64,000 bases of DNA, taken from the NCBI GenBank assembly GCA_040954595.2, contig CM082595.2:4428137-4492136 (forward strand), given 5' to 3'. Below the pieces are notes generated by a model that was not told the origin of the DNA, did no database searches, and saw only the letters and a program-made list of their open reading frames with translations. Of the stretch, positions 11,601 to 26,600 are shown piece by piece. This stretch comes from Balanoglossus misakiensis. Taxonomy: Eukaryota > Animalia > Hemichordata. A program made the position numbers and the translations under genes. Positions within the stretch are counted from its first letter, which is position 1. The number at the start of each line of letters is the position of its first letter.

Positions 11601-14600
11601 TACAAGCCATGCTTTACTCTGAAGGAAACTCTGTCACGGGTAATGGCTCTAGTCTAATGGACTTCCATGTTTTCTGAGTCGTACGACAGGAACTGAACAG
11701 ACAAGTTCTAATGCAAGCTTCAACTAGCCAGCCAGCCTAAACATTTAGGTTATTTCCTTCCATCGGACATGATCTTTCATGTATGTATGCACGAGTTCCC
11801 AAATGCTAGTGACCCGGTGAATAATGGATGGGGTCACAGTTGGCCTTGGGGGCACGTGTCCCACTTTTGGCAAAGAGCGGTAGCCCAACATTGTGCATGG
11901 CTATTACTAACCTAAATCTAAATGTAGACAACCATACTGCAATCGCGAAAAATAGAACTGCCCTCAAACACGAGTTAACGAAAACATGTTATGCATTTTA
12001 TTTTTACTATGCCATCACATCACATTGGTGATTGGATGACCATTTCCCACAATGCACCAACATGCAACACTCATATTGTTTTGATACGCCAAATATTTAG
12101 AATGATTAAAAAAAATTGAAAAGACTACTGACTAGTTGATGGAGTCACACACTCTGGAGTGTACATATGACCAATAACATGTTAGTAACTACCCATAGAT
12201 GTACATGTTACTTTGTGCACTAACGCAGAATATGTGTTTGTACCCAAGCCCAGGTTTCACCTCATTATATCAGAGATAAAATGCCCTTTGAAAGCAGCCA
12301 TATGGATACTAGTTTCAAGCTAAGTAGCTGGACATGTGACCTTGCCCACTCAACACTGCCCTTCAAATTCATTTACCCTGTTGGCTGATTCCTTCATTCT
12401 AAGAATTATCTTATTTGAGGGTTTTGTGGATGAATTGTAATGTTTATGTTATAAACAACAAATGTGGCACGACGACCCCTTCCCTTTAAAGCACCTTCTG
12501 CCAGCTGTTGTGGAATTCCATATACCACACCGGAAAACTGAACATGCACTGTTAGAGGCAGACGGGCTTTGGGGTTTTCTGCATGACAGAAACCGGGACA
12601 TTTGCGGTTACACAGTTTATATCACTGTAGTGTTGTCAGTATTGTCAGCAGCAGTTAATAATACACTGGGGTTGCAGTTTGAATGGTCGGAAGTCCTGTC
12701 CATCTATAAATAAACACGGCTTTGCTTCTGTGCTCACAATGGTATTAATAACTGATAGACCTACACTCATCTATGCAGAGAAAAGAAGGGAAAAACAGAA
12801 AAACAAGCTCGCTGGCAAACGTATATCTAATCGCGAAAAGGATTGTGGTATTCTCTATTTATATAAAATACAAACAAGGCATTCATCCACTGACAAACCC
12901 TCAAAACAGAAGTCATTTATTTTTTCAAGGCCACTGAAGCAGGGTACTAGAGAAAAATCTTTGTAGGTAAACAGGAGACATGATCCTGGCATGGGGCCAA
13001 CAACATCATCAGTGTACACCCCCAACCTGTTGCTAAACTTCCGCTTGTTTTTCCGACCTGGAGTGACCTTGAAACCTCGATCGGGGGAGGGAGCGTTACG
13101 CAAAGCGCAAAAAACACGTTGGGCGTTTGTTATTGTCCCTTGGCCGGCCAGCTCCAGCCGATCTCCTTACAGGCGAATTATGTATTCATCTCCCATCATG
13201 CAAGGCTCTGCATTACCCTTTGAGAAAGTGTATTGCACTTTCCCCCACATGTAACACACTTGTTTACTCGTTCCACACAGGACTTCCTTTTAACAAGAAG
13301 CAAAACGATACCACAGAGGCTTTTATACTCTTCTCTACACCTCCCTTTCACACAAATTTCTTTATTTTCATCTTTTGTCAAGCGATGTTGATAAGATCAC
13401 CGGTTAAAAATGCCCCTCGATGCGAGCACAGCTATTTTTTTTTATAATGCCATGAACACACATAAATTTGCATGAAACTGCTACGTGCCATACTAGTCCA
13501 TTTTCATGACCGCTTATCACAAATACTGACAGAGAACAACTTACAAAATCCTCATTTTTTTTAATTTTATAAGTGAAATTGGCCTTAAAAACAATGTCAC
13601 ATCTTTCAACACAATCTGAAATCATCACCTATATTTTTAAATTGTCAAAACCTTATGGATCAATCTTGAATTCATATTTGCATTCTGATGCGCAGTGTGG
13701 CCATCGACCAAATCTAGTCCTCAGGGATAGATGGTTTTAGCCAAGATCAGGTCCAAGATAAGTCTTGGAATGTGAACAAGATTTGAAGTAACATAATCAT
13801 CGTTCCAGCAGTTTTATAGTCGGTCATAAACTGTTACGATGGGCTACTGTACTTTTGTTATTTATAGCAGGCTTCTCGTCACGTACAGTGTGACCTAAAC
13901 CCGTTGGACAACACACAAAATAGTGCATCGCATAATTTGATGTAGGTATGTATTTTAAATGAAAAATTTTGTTTTGACACAGATTTGACCTAGATACATA
14001 TGAACAGCAAACCACTGAAACTGTTTTTTCCATTTTTACATGTTGTTTTTTCCATTTTGACACAAGCAAGCACTCCATTACTGGCATAATGAAAGTGTTG
14101 AGACTTAAATGTAAGGTCTTGGTGGGGTTTCTCTCAATAAACAGCACAGCAAGACTTGCCTGTATCTTAACAGTTAGCACTGTGTTTTGCTGGTAGAACG
14201 GTCTGACGTCACCCCCTCACACAGTAAGGTTCAATCTCCGAGCAAGGGTGAAAAAGAGTTTACTCTAAAAATATGCAGGCAGGGCAAAGGGGGGGTAATT
14301 AAACAGCAGGGGATTATGCAATGCAAACACTTGAACTGGCCAGTAACGTTTGAATTCCTCATTTGCATACAGTTTTTCAACTTTTTTCAGAACGAAAGTT
14401 CAGTAACTTGCAACCCATTTCTGACAATTATTTCACCCCAGGCACATTACTGGTACTATGAATGTACTACATGTGATTTTTCATGAAGTTTTATCGAGAA
14501 GAATTTCTTTAATTCCACTTACAAAATTGTGATCACGAAATTCAAAGTGACCTTGAAGTTAAAAAATCAAAAAAAAAATATCTGCCATACCCACACAAAA

Positions 14601-17600
14601 ATTAACCCCCTCAGGTTTTAGAAACATTATTAAACTCCTCTATTCATAATTTTGACATGAATATATCCATGCCGTGGGTCAAGGACCACAATTTACAGTG
14701 CCATAGGTCAGTCCTGAGAAGTCAGTCAGCGTGAATAGTGTATAGACTCCGTATGTAATATGCTAATGAGAGTTAACGACGCGTTGAAAAGGAAGCCATT
14801 ACGTCATGGGTTAACATGCGTTGACCTACTTCAATGCATACACATATGGCAAACACGGCTGTACTCGTCGATGGCGAAGGCAATTTTTACACCGTCATTA
14901 CTCCACAACGGAGCGGCTCACACTATTATAAATTCACGGTAACTTAGTTCAATATCTTCCTAACCTACCCAATTTTTTTCAAGACAAGAAATCTTTTCCG
15001 TGAGTCAGGGACCACAATTTAAACCAACATACCGAAACTGTCTTTCTCGGGAACGCGTCGTTAAAACTTCACGAAAAATCATCCTATCATTGACTGTGGT
15101 GTTTCATACACGTCTTAGAAAAATGGATGCACTACGATCACTTGAAGTACCGAAAATCTCCGTTTGAAAATTTTTCCAACCGGCCGTAACTGCCACTCAG
15201 TGACGTTCACATTCAAATAGATCTCTTTGATGTCACCGCCGTAATTACCCCCCCTTTGCCTTGCCTGTATGCACCTAACTCAAAGGTAATTATTTGTCCC
15301 CAACGATAGGCAGTATTTCGGACGCAAAACTATCCAGAGGGCATAATATATTTTACTAGCAGAACAGCGGCACAAAATTTCTTAAAATATCACCGATGAA
15401 AAAATTAATATTTTTAGAAGCTCTGCTGATGAAAGGACAGGAATGTCACGTTTTTTATCAGGAAGTTGTTGACAGGCTTCATCAAAAAATTCAGTTCATA
15501 ATAAAGATGGTGTCTATACCAGATTGAGAATCAGCACAAGTTCATTTTACATTTTCACTGGCGTCTACTATGTAAAACTTATCCTCCCTCACACTGCATG
15601 GGTCTATTAAAATATTTGACCACAATTATGTGGCTTCGTGTTCAAACACATACTGAATTATACATCCCAGACAAATTATTTGCGGTAACCATATATTTCT
15701 GATCTGGTGTGTTGACCGTTTTATGATACAAATACCTTCTTTTCTGCCTGGTTCAGACTGCCACTGTTTGGGCTACGATTCTACAATGTTGGCACATTCA
15801 CGTGCTCCCTGTCACGTTTTCTTTCAGTTACAACGCTTGGTACCGCCTTCTCCTCGCTGATAAAGCCCAGCCTCTGGACATTTAATGAATAATGCAGGTT
15901 AACCTTTCCACAACCATGGTTTGGTCCAAATCCACTATTTTCGATGGTGAAGTAAGACCTTAGTCGTCTCTTCCCCACTGACCTCGTTACAATTGATCCA
16001 CTGAATAACATAATCCTGCATACATTTTGATGAGATAAGCTCTCCACAAATCGTCACAATGAACTTTCAACCCACTGACAGAAATGACTATTTTCCCCCT
16101 CTTTATTTACTGTTGGCTGTGTGTCAAACACGACACAGTACAAAAAATATTCCCAGGGACCAGAACATCATTACTATTAAACTATGAGTCGAATGATAGT
16201 ATCTCTGGAATTCGCTGGCAGTGGGCCACCATTCTCTCTTGCGCATAAATGCGCAATTTTTTCTCTCTATCTCAGTCATACATGTGACATGCTGGTGTTT
16301 GATGTTAACTACTGACTAGCCTGAACCCATTCTACATTTTGTAGGGTCTGTTCAAAAGACAGCTATCCTGCATTTTCTTGGCACAATGGTATCTAGAGCA
16401 GATCCAAGCCTAACCCATGCCAAAGAACATGGCTACATCCCCCTTCAACTTCAAGTCCGTTACTAGTCTAGAATCCAGACTCCTGTGTTATGTCGCTATG
16501 CTCCACATGTCGAGCAAAGTGAAAGCAGGAGTCTGGATTCTAGACTAGTCCATTACAGAAAAAGTGATGGGTCTTCTCGTGATTGTCAAGATACAGCCAA
16601 TGAGGGGCTGTGGTCAGCCAAACTCTGACCGTCAACCTCACAGCCAACCACAGGTACCATGGGTCAAGCCCCCACCCCGCCCCACCCTGTTAGTGTTACG
16701 TCACACATCTCTCAGCTGCAGCTGAACATAGCTTCAACACTCAACACACACCACCAGACTGCGTTTTTGGATTCGCAGAGGCAGCAAAACACAGGATAGA
16801 TTCCAGACAAGGAATTCTGGGGAAGTAACAATCTTTGCACTGTTTTGGCTGGGCGTCGGGCGAAACGGAGGCACACAGAGTGCCCATGTGACTACAGTGT
16901 TTGGTCTGTCGGATGAAGGCTTGTGGTAAACAGTTATGTCTGAGCACTGATCGTGGCCAAAGAGAGTACACAATGAACATCTGTTTGTACCCGAGCCAAG
17001 AATAAACGTCCTGGGAGGCATATCCAGTGTCACTTGTACGGCACACTGTAGCTGGTCGATTCCGAAGCATAAACAACCAGAAACCGCAAAACATGCCACA
17101 CACATTATTTTATTTTTAAAGAAAAGTGCTGGGGTTTGATAATTGATTCTTTGCATGCATGTTCTATGATTACATTGCTGAGTTCGGGCAGGGCAGATAC
17201 AGTGTTTCGTCTAGAGGGATGTCCTATGTTGACAGGTTGGCACCTCCTAGCAAATTGTCAAAAGGGGGGGGGGGGGCAGTGCACCCTCACACACCCAGGC
17301 AAAATATTGATTGACTGCAAAATTTACCGTTGAAGATAAGAAACAATACTGTTGATTGACACAACCTTGGAATCCTCCAGTAGACAAATAAATATTTCAT
17401 GCCAAGGTCTCTGCTAACTAAATTAATCCCATGGAACACTATGGTATTCACCCCAGGAATTCCTAACACAGAATGACTGATTTACGCAATACAATCACCA
17501 CGATAATGAGCGTCTATTGTTTTCCCCAAATTAAAAGGAAACCGACCCATACTCTTTTATTGCCGTGGAACAGATAGACATAAATAGATCGAACGGTCCA

Positions 17601-20600
17601 ACAGGGCATAAAAAAACACAGCAAACCATAAAGCCTTCTTAGTTTTTTATTTCCTTCGAAGTAGTGTAGCACTGGTGACTGCATAGAAAACTGCAGGGTA
17701 TTACATAAGCGCACGTAATCCATTGGGTTGAGGGGGTGGGGGACATTGACGTCAAAGCGTTCCGATCTCTTCTTGTTTTTGCTCAATATCCGATCATCCA
17801 ATCTGGCCTAATGACCAAGGTGGCTTTCTTCGAATTCTTGCCAAATCAATTTCTCATTGTCTGGTGGATACACCAATATTTGGTTTCCAATTAACCCGCG
17901 TTTGGGATGCTTGGCGTTCGATCAAGCGCGATCCTGTTCAGACAACATCGTTGTTTGTTGAAAATAAAAATACTCGGGGGGGGAAAAACTTTCCCATCGT
18001 CACGTAATCGGTCAGGCTTCAACGAGACAGTGGATGACGGTTTTAAATTATTATTTTTTTCCATTTCATAGAAAAGCTAGGAAAAAGCAGAACAGATGAG
18101 ACACCAGGCTGTGTGTGGATTATAAAAATGGCGTAACATCACGTCAGAATCACAATCTAACACCAGAGGAGATTAATTAAGCCATGGCTTCACGTAACGA
18201 CACTACAAGCTGGTGACGCACAGACAAAATCTGACCAACAGGCAGACCTATGACAGATTAAGGGTCTTGTGTACACATACACACAAGGTTACTCGCTAGG
18301 TCGATTATTCTGGATTGTTCTGGTCTGAAGTGCTCCTCTGGCTTATGGCCAAACATTGTCCATCCTGACAAGGTCGAAGGAATGGTCATTCCGAGAAATG
18401 TTAGTTTCCTATCAGTATCACCTGACTGTAATATCAAACTCACATTATCCAACTTTCATCAACTACTGGTAGTACCAGGATGGAGCATTTACATAGAGAG
18501 AAGACATCTTTTATTAAACAACGCAATTCCCTACCCTTATAAAGTTTTAGAGGTGACACATTTGGCTCATGAGCTAGATGTCATGAGAAACAAAAAATAC
18601 GTCTGTGCTGTTAAGTATTCGCACTCCCCACAACCGTTTTGACATTCCAACATTTGAACTAATCCAAGCAATTGTAGCCCAGCGTCAAATTGTTTTACAT
18701 AGGTCCAGTGTGACACACACCACAGGAAGCCCCAGCCATTTGCCAATTTCACAGTAGCAGCGTAAGGTTGTCCCGCTCCACCCCTGGTTAGGAAAGTGCA
18801 CAGTGTGCGTTATGGGTCCAGTATCAGTAATCACACAAATACACGCAAATGTACATGTAAGTTGTATCATAGGGGTCGACAAATACCTAACGAAAGCCAC
18901 CTAGCCTTGACGACGCTGTCATTGAAATCAGACGGTCGATATGTCTAGCATATTTCCACGGATATGGCAACGCAGCATGACAAAACGCGTTCTCTAACGT
19001 GTCTTTGTTGACATATATACCTTTTCCTGGAGTGTGAATTTATCCGGAATGTGGCCATGTGCTACGGACACATTCCAACATGTTTTTTTTTTATCTGTAC
19101 ATCACCAGTTTAAATTTTGGGGTAGATTTTCTTCTCTTGCTAAAAGAAAATGAGCACTTCAACATCAAATACCTATAACAGGTTTCAGAAATATTTTCTT
19201 CCTTGTTTAAAGTTCACAAAAACAAGTAAAAATTGGTTCGCGGCTGCACATAACGTCTAAATATCGAGCTCGGTATTCATAAGTTTTGACACTGTTTGTT
19301 GCATTTCAGCTCCTGATAACCTGAATTCACTTCTCAGCACGACGTTCACTCATCTACGATAACACGTCTCTTCGGGCCACCAAACAAGCTTCAAAGAAAA
19401 TCTTTACGAGCCGTTTTTCCCCGAAACCATCCCTCGTTCAGCGTACATACATTATATTTAGGTCACCATTTTCAACCTAATTACATATGTAATTATGCGT
19501 GCGCTTGTCCTAGAGCACGTGAACATTACACCATAAATGACCTAAATAGTTGCGTCTGTCTGTCTGTCTGTCTTTAGTGAAACTGCGTGTGGGTGTTATG
19601 TTTCGTGTGTGTCTGAATGTGACCGACCATTGTACGGAAAATATGAAACTGTTCTCGCGTAAAAATTCCTTTCGTCGTAGGTTCGGTAATAATAAATTCG
19701 GTCTCTCTGAACTGGAGGTTGGCAACTGCCATTGGTCTGTGTATGAATATGCCTGTCTATAATTCTAAAGCATGTATTGAGGACATGGTCTCCATGTTTG
19801 GCAGTGACACAAATAGGCACTGTGTGATCAGAACTCCACTTACACTTTTTACAGTGAAAATGAAAATTTGGACTCATCTTTTAGACTGAACTCATCTTGT
19901 AAAAGATATCACTATTTACTAAGCCTGATGAGAGAAAATTATATATTCACAGGTCGATCGCGTGTGTTGGAATGACATTGAGATCGCATTACCAAACCTC
20001 TTCATTGCCACCACCAAAATTAGACCAACCCAGCCCCTCAACCCCATTTTCCTGTATTAAATTTAAATAGGTCAAATCCTTAATACACTGGAACTGCGGT
20101 AAATGCCAGTTCTGTTATGCTTTTCTGTTATCAGTCAAGTTAAAATATTCTTATGCCTTATTATCCAAGCTTCCATTGATAAAGGAAGCTATATATCTCG
20201 ACAAATTTTTAAGGACATTTTAGGGAGATATTACCTCAAACACTGGAAAGTTCATCTCAAATATTGACAGAACGAGACACTCTAATTTCGCTAAATGATA
20301 CCTAACCTTGAACTTACACAACCTTGCAATTGAATGCTTTCCACACGCAAGCTTTCACCCATTCAACATCTGTCGCACAATTGATGCGACCAGAAAAAAA
20401 AAACTGACGAGAATATGACGCAGAAAGACCGGCGGTATGTGTCATCAAAATTCTGAATTCCAATAACTCATTACCATGATCAATGTCATCTTAAACACAT
20501 GGGGTACATACGCATTATGCCAGCATGACCATCATTAACAGAAATATGCCATATGCACCGGCTGCAAATCCATCACACGACAAATGGTCCCTTCGCCCAA

Positions 20601-23600
20601 TATGTCCATATGGCTGAGCTTTCTAAATCACAATAAATATTCACTCCAAAAGTAAAGTAAATGTATCTAAACACGTCTTCCCTCTTAATACATGACTCAA
20701 CTGTCATCCTAATTTCCATCCCATGCTTTTAAGTAATAAAACAAAACTCATAAAATTCGTAGAAATGGTAAAACCCGTACTTCATAGAAATTGTAACATA
20801 TATAGCTTAATCAATTCCGCAATGAAATATGACTCCGCTGACTGACATGTTTGGTTGGAAAACACATCCCTGCTGCACAAAGTCAACGAACTTGACCTAA
20901 TTTCTGTTGAGTACAATCCAGATTTATCATGAATTGCAGCGCATAAAGAATGTCTACATTTTGATGACGTCAATCGCGGAGATTAACTGAAACAAATTAA
21001 TCCTATTTTTGACATGGACACAAATACTGAGGCACAAATACTGAATTTTCCCCCTGAATAATGAATACATATGTACAACACAGGAAATTCTGCCACACAA
21101 GAAAATTCAGGAGGACATTTCTGGATACGAGTTAAAATTTATTGCTGTCCTGATATGGACAGGACTTCACGACTCAAACTGAAGAACGCGTTCATCTATG
21201 AACAGTTTTTTTCATGACATTTATCAACTTGTGCACCGTACGACACTGACAGAAAAGTCCAATCACCCGCACATACTGAAGAAAATTGAGGCCAACTTTA
21301 GTGTCAGCCAGTAGGATATTCTAGTGTGATGAATGGCACCTACTGAAATTATCCCTCGCCAAAAAAAAATCTCCCATCTCCGACAGGGCCTATACACAGA
21401 AAGACAACACCATTTTTCACAATGCCAACAGAGCAAAGGTCAACTACCCATGATCCTCTGCTGTTGAACTGGCGACCCGCACTCAGTATATCTTCTGGTC
21501 GACACAGGAAAATTCATTTATCAAAAAGAAATCAAATTACAATGGCGTGTGAGATGAATTTCCCGTCAAGCTGATGCACTTGAGAACTCTAAGCCAGGAG
21601 ATTTCTCTGTTTCCAATTGTTCGTTTCTGAATTTCCCTTCTGATAGTTTTTTGTCCGGTTTAATAAAAAAAAATTGGTAGTGATATAAATGTAGGTGGGG
21701 ATACTAGAAAGCCGTGTGGACGTCTCCTTCAAAATTCCAGCGGGAAATATTTTAAATAACCAAACGAAGTACCTTCTTCCTCTCGTGCAAAATGTCAGCC
21801 AGTTTTTGATTTCAGCGTGTTTACGAGCACCGCAGCGATCGCTCAGTTCGGGGAAGCAATCTGAGATTGTATTTTTTTACGGCCGTGGAATGCAAGAGAA
21901 TTCAACCCTGCTTCCTAGCAAATATCTCACGCACCAACTCGGATAAACAACATCGCAGCTCGCTCGCCACGTTTGTTCCATTATCGACGGGAGAACGAGA
22001 CATTTCCATTTTAAGGCTGATTTTGGCTCGCGCTGCTCGAGTCAATTTCACCTTTGACCTCTCACAACACAGCCTACAAAAACTGACCGTAATGGGAATG
22101 TCTTTCCTAACAACCATCATTTTTCACTCTCGCACATGCAGAGACTGAACAATTTTGACTCAACAAGATGAAGTCGAGTGAGACCAAAATGGTGACATGA
22201 AATCTTCCACAAAAGTAGAATATTACCGACCATAAAATATCTCTAAAAAGAGCTATGGCTGTAGACACATATCACACTACAACGATGATTTTGCAACCAC
22301 AAACAGTGCAAGAAATTGGTCCCTCATTTTGTCATCATGTCCACCCCTATTCTTCTCAAAAATAGCTAAATGGTGGCACCTTCAGCAGTTTCACCCATTC
22401 AAAGTCTGATGTCAGTGATGATTCCATTCTTGTAACGGGGGCCACACATTACACTGCTCACGTCTAACGCACTCATCCATCGTTCGCGTGTAACGAAGAC
22501 CAGCCATTGAGCCAGAAGCAATGCATCGAAATTTACACACAAGAAAATCTTGCTGAAAAATTAAGAATTACAGGGATACAAACGGCATTTCTTTTATTAT
22601 GCTCTAGGAACTGCCCTCGAGCAAAGTCTAGTCATTCAGACAACCTTGCTAGACAATAGTGACTGTCAACTTACCAAATGCACATAATTTATTCATGAAG
22701 GCCACAGTTGGCAATGACCCAACAGGACACACAGACGGCAGACCATAGAAACGAACTGATCAAAATTTACATTCAAATTTCACAAAAATTAGGATTCAGT
22801 CCCTTTTTAAACGAACATCACCTTGATAAATGTACGCATAGCTTCCGGAATTTCCTGTGTTTGGTAATTATATTAAATTTCTACGCTTGCTTCATTTAAG
22901 ACCTTCAAAAAACACCGCACAATTTATTACATTTTCCTTATTAAAACTCGAATTTAGCAATGGTAACCATGAAAACAGTGAATTTTGAAACCAATTCTGT
23001 CAACCTATTTTCTACATCAAGGAGTATTTTAGGATACTCATGTGTCCTAGGCAACCTATTTACATATTCGGGCCACCATGCAAGTCTGAATAGCCGACAT
23101 CCTTGTCTGTATTTAAGCTCAATACAATAATAATTTGCATATCTCAGCAAGATGGTGTTTATTTAAAAAATTAACAGACATTGTTGAAGGCCAAACTTGA
23201 ATGATAACCTGCAAATATCGAAACAACCTTAACAAAATATGATACATAAAAGAAATGTAATTATGATGTTTTCTGTTCATGTACAGTTATCAAAACATTC
23301 GCAGTCTACTTGAAATGGAACACATCACGCTTGAATACTTCTGATCTCGTAGAGAGATTACAAATAAACACATTTTTTTTACTGAAAATCTTTCAAATGA
23401 CTTCCATCGCCTGCTGCATGTTTCAACATATCTTACAAGTTATATCACCATATGCAGAGATAAAAACTAATTGCTGAGTTGAGAAATCAATAATGGGCCA
23501 GTTAAAATGTGCACAACACGCAACCTCATTAAGACAACACTTTGCATGATGGCCACACAAATGCTAAACATCCACTCCCACATCGTGAACAAAAGTTCGT

Positions 23601-26600
23601 CTGGCACGTGTTACGTAACCACCCTGAAAGGTTCAGAGGGAATTTTTAAGCTTCTAAGAAAACAGGGGGGCACCCTTCAAGTCTAAAAGGCAGACAGCAA
23701 GCACATACACAGTACTACTGAGGGCAGAGTCGTTGCCAATCATGCTAGAAATCCACGATGTTGTCGTTTTCCCAATTTTACTTCATTCTCTGATGACCAA
23801 GACGCCTGATTCATCGCCAACCCTTATCTGCCATTATCAGATATCACTGGCTTAATTCCCCCATGGACAGTTTTCATCCACACAAATATGCCAGCTTCCC
23901 TGCACTGGCATGTTGCTAGCGGCAATGGTACTTGATGTCCCGTCATGCAAGGAGAGCGTCAAACAATTAATAAGCAGGATCATCCGTAATCCCACTTCCG
24001 CAGAACAGAAAATATCACACCAGAGATAAGTGTAGTCAAACCTACACGTTAGTGGCCCCCTCCTATACAGTGGCCACTTTGTTACACTCCCTGTGCAATT
24101 TACATGTACAGTAATTGACCTGTCTGTGAAGGCCACCTGTCTATAAAGGCCAGTTAAGGAAAGTCCCATGACTGGCAGTTATATACAGGTTTGATGATAA
24201 AAAACACCAGCTCCTAAAATATCCACACATCACTCTGTATACGAATGTAAAAAGATCATGTGTGAATTTATGTGGACACATTCTTGACCTAACCATAAAG
24301 AATCTTCTCCAGTAAATCTTAAGAAACCAGCTAACCCCCCCCCCCCAAATGTCAACAATCCACCACACCACGTTACCTAATCATGGATAAATCACATGAC
24401 AGACAGGGAGGTCACACAATGACCCTTAGTTCAAAGCACTCTTTATCCCCCCGATAGCTTGACCATGCCAACCCAAGTATGCACGCCCGTGGTCAATCCC
24501 CAGTGACGTATCCAACAACGCCGCAAAAACCACATAACTTCCACGGAGGCTGTCAGTGTCAAACACCGAGCCGATAAGACACCTGGTTCTGTCACATAAG
24601 TCATAAATCAAGAACTGGTTTATAACTCTGTCCCTGACTTGTCTGCAACCCCCCTTACTACACCCATCCAACAGAGAGACCATGAATCCCGAGGCATACA
24701 CCCTAAGACCGGCATTCATTCTCCGAGTCCGACAAAGGCCTGTCATGGCTTGGGAATGGCAACCATGTAAGAACAGCCTACCTACATCCTGTGGACCTGT
24801 TTGGAGTTCTTGGAACCACTCGATCAAGCCCACCCAAGGAATGCTAGACATCCCTTCGCAGAAGCCCATAACAGGACCTGAAGCATTGATTTAGAATAGA
24901 TGGAGACTTCTACACCTATGTGAGAATTCTCCATAAGAAAACGAGGAATAATTCACCATCAAACTAATTACTCATCTAAAGAGGTTATTTGAAGATAATT
25001 TGTGAGGTATGATGCAATATAAGTGGGTTTTTCTTTGCAACGACAGATTGGATATAACGAAAACAGACACTACCAGAGCTCACTAAAAAGTTCCCGACCA
25101 CACTGACCCAAACTAGTGCTTCCGACATGCATATCAACACGTCACGCCTCTTTTGCACTACAGAATGGAACCAACTGCCACTGAGTATTGACACAGGTTT
25201 CACTACACCACGAGCACCAGGCGAACACGGGTACCAGAAACGATTTTGGATGCTTCGGGGCGAAACAAGAGACTTGATCAACACGACTTGAAGGGCTTTG
25301 TACACAGGGACTTCACAAGAGACCGGGCGTAATGTTACAACGGCGTCAGACGAAAAAGCCGCGCGGCACTATTTTTTTTTTTTTTTTTTTTTTCGGCAAT
25401 AATCTCCCCGATACCAAATACTAGACCTGACATGTTCAATCATGTCTGAAAGTGTGAACAAGCAGAGCTCTGTTTAGTGGTGTGGACTACGTACTCGCCG
25501 AAAAAGGGACTGCCATTTACATCCTACGCATTCGGATGCAAATTTGCACTTTACACAGTATTAAGAAACGAAGACTCGTCAAAAGACGAGCCAAAAGCTT
25601 GTGTTATTCTTCAGTCCATTCATAGCGCCAATCTGTCCGAATGCCCAGACTTGAAAACGTCATAAATTAATCTTCTGTTGACAAATAATGTGAGTAATGC
25701 ATCGACGGCGATTGTAAATACTTCTGTTGCTGCCAATGCTTCTGTTACAGAAGCTTATAACCCGGGTTACGAAAGCGATTTAAAACACTTTGACCATAAA
25801 ATCTAATGAAACCGATTGTCTGAATGACAGGGGAATATCTTGAAATACACGGCAGTTTTAAGAGAAAAGCAGACAAAATGGCTGACCGACACTACTTTGA
25901 CATATGGTGGATTTTAGACAGGCCTAGCACCACCACCATACTGCAGCTAGGGGGGGGAATTATCATATCAGCTATAGAAGGACTGGACCGGAGAAGTTGG
26001 CTCCCAGCCAAATTGATCAGGGCCACTTCAAGTGATGGATGTACACTCCATGCGCCCTAGATGACAAAGGTCAACGTTTGTGCCGACATGCGAGCGAACT
26101 ACTGGGTTTTAACTTGGGTCAACCAAACGCCAGAACTGACTAGATGCGAATATTTTTTTTGGGGGGGGAGGGGGGGGAAACAGGGCAGTTGTCTCATTTC
26201 GGTTCTTATAATTTTTCAGAACACCACGTCTGTTGTGTTGATAAAAGTTGTGGTATGTACCAACCGACACAAACCGCAAAAACCAATGATGGATAAAATG
26301 GGACTTCCCCCTCATAGCGTACTACTGCGCAACTACATCGACAGGAACTCGTACGACCTGACCCAACGTGAATTTCGAAGAAAAATACTGCCAAACAAAC
26401 CAAAATTTCCCCCCACCATAAAAAGTGTCTAGACTTTATTCAGGTGTTTGTTTAAACAACACCTAGCTAATCTGTAAAACAAAAGGTTATGTCTAGCACC
26501 CCTATGTAATCAGAATATATTTACATAAGAACAATTGGCTCATTTGCATTTCTTATCATTGAATTTCTTGTTTTGTCTGAGCTTCATGACCCTCACTAAA

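Noticed and set aside
24426-24894. 147-aa ORF inside Ski intron 1 as a nested gene or TE remnant
   Set aside because: No identifiable motifs in the listed frames.
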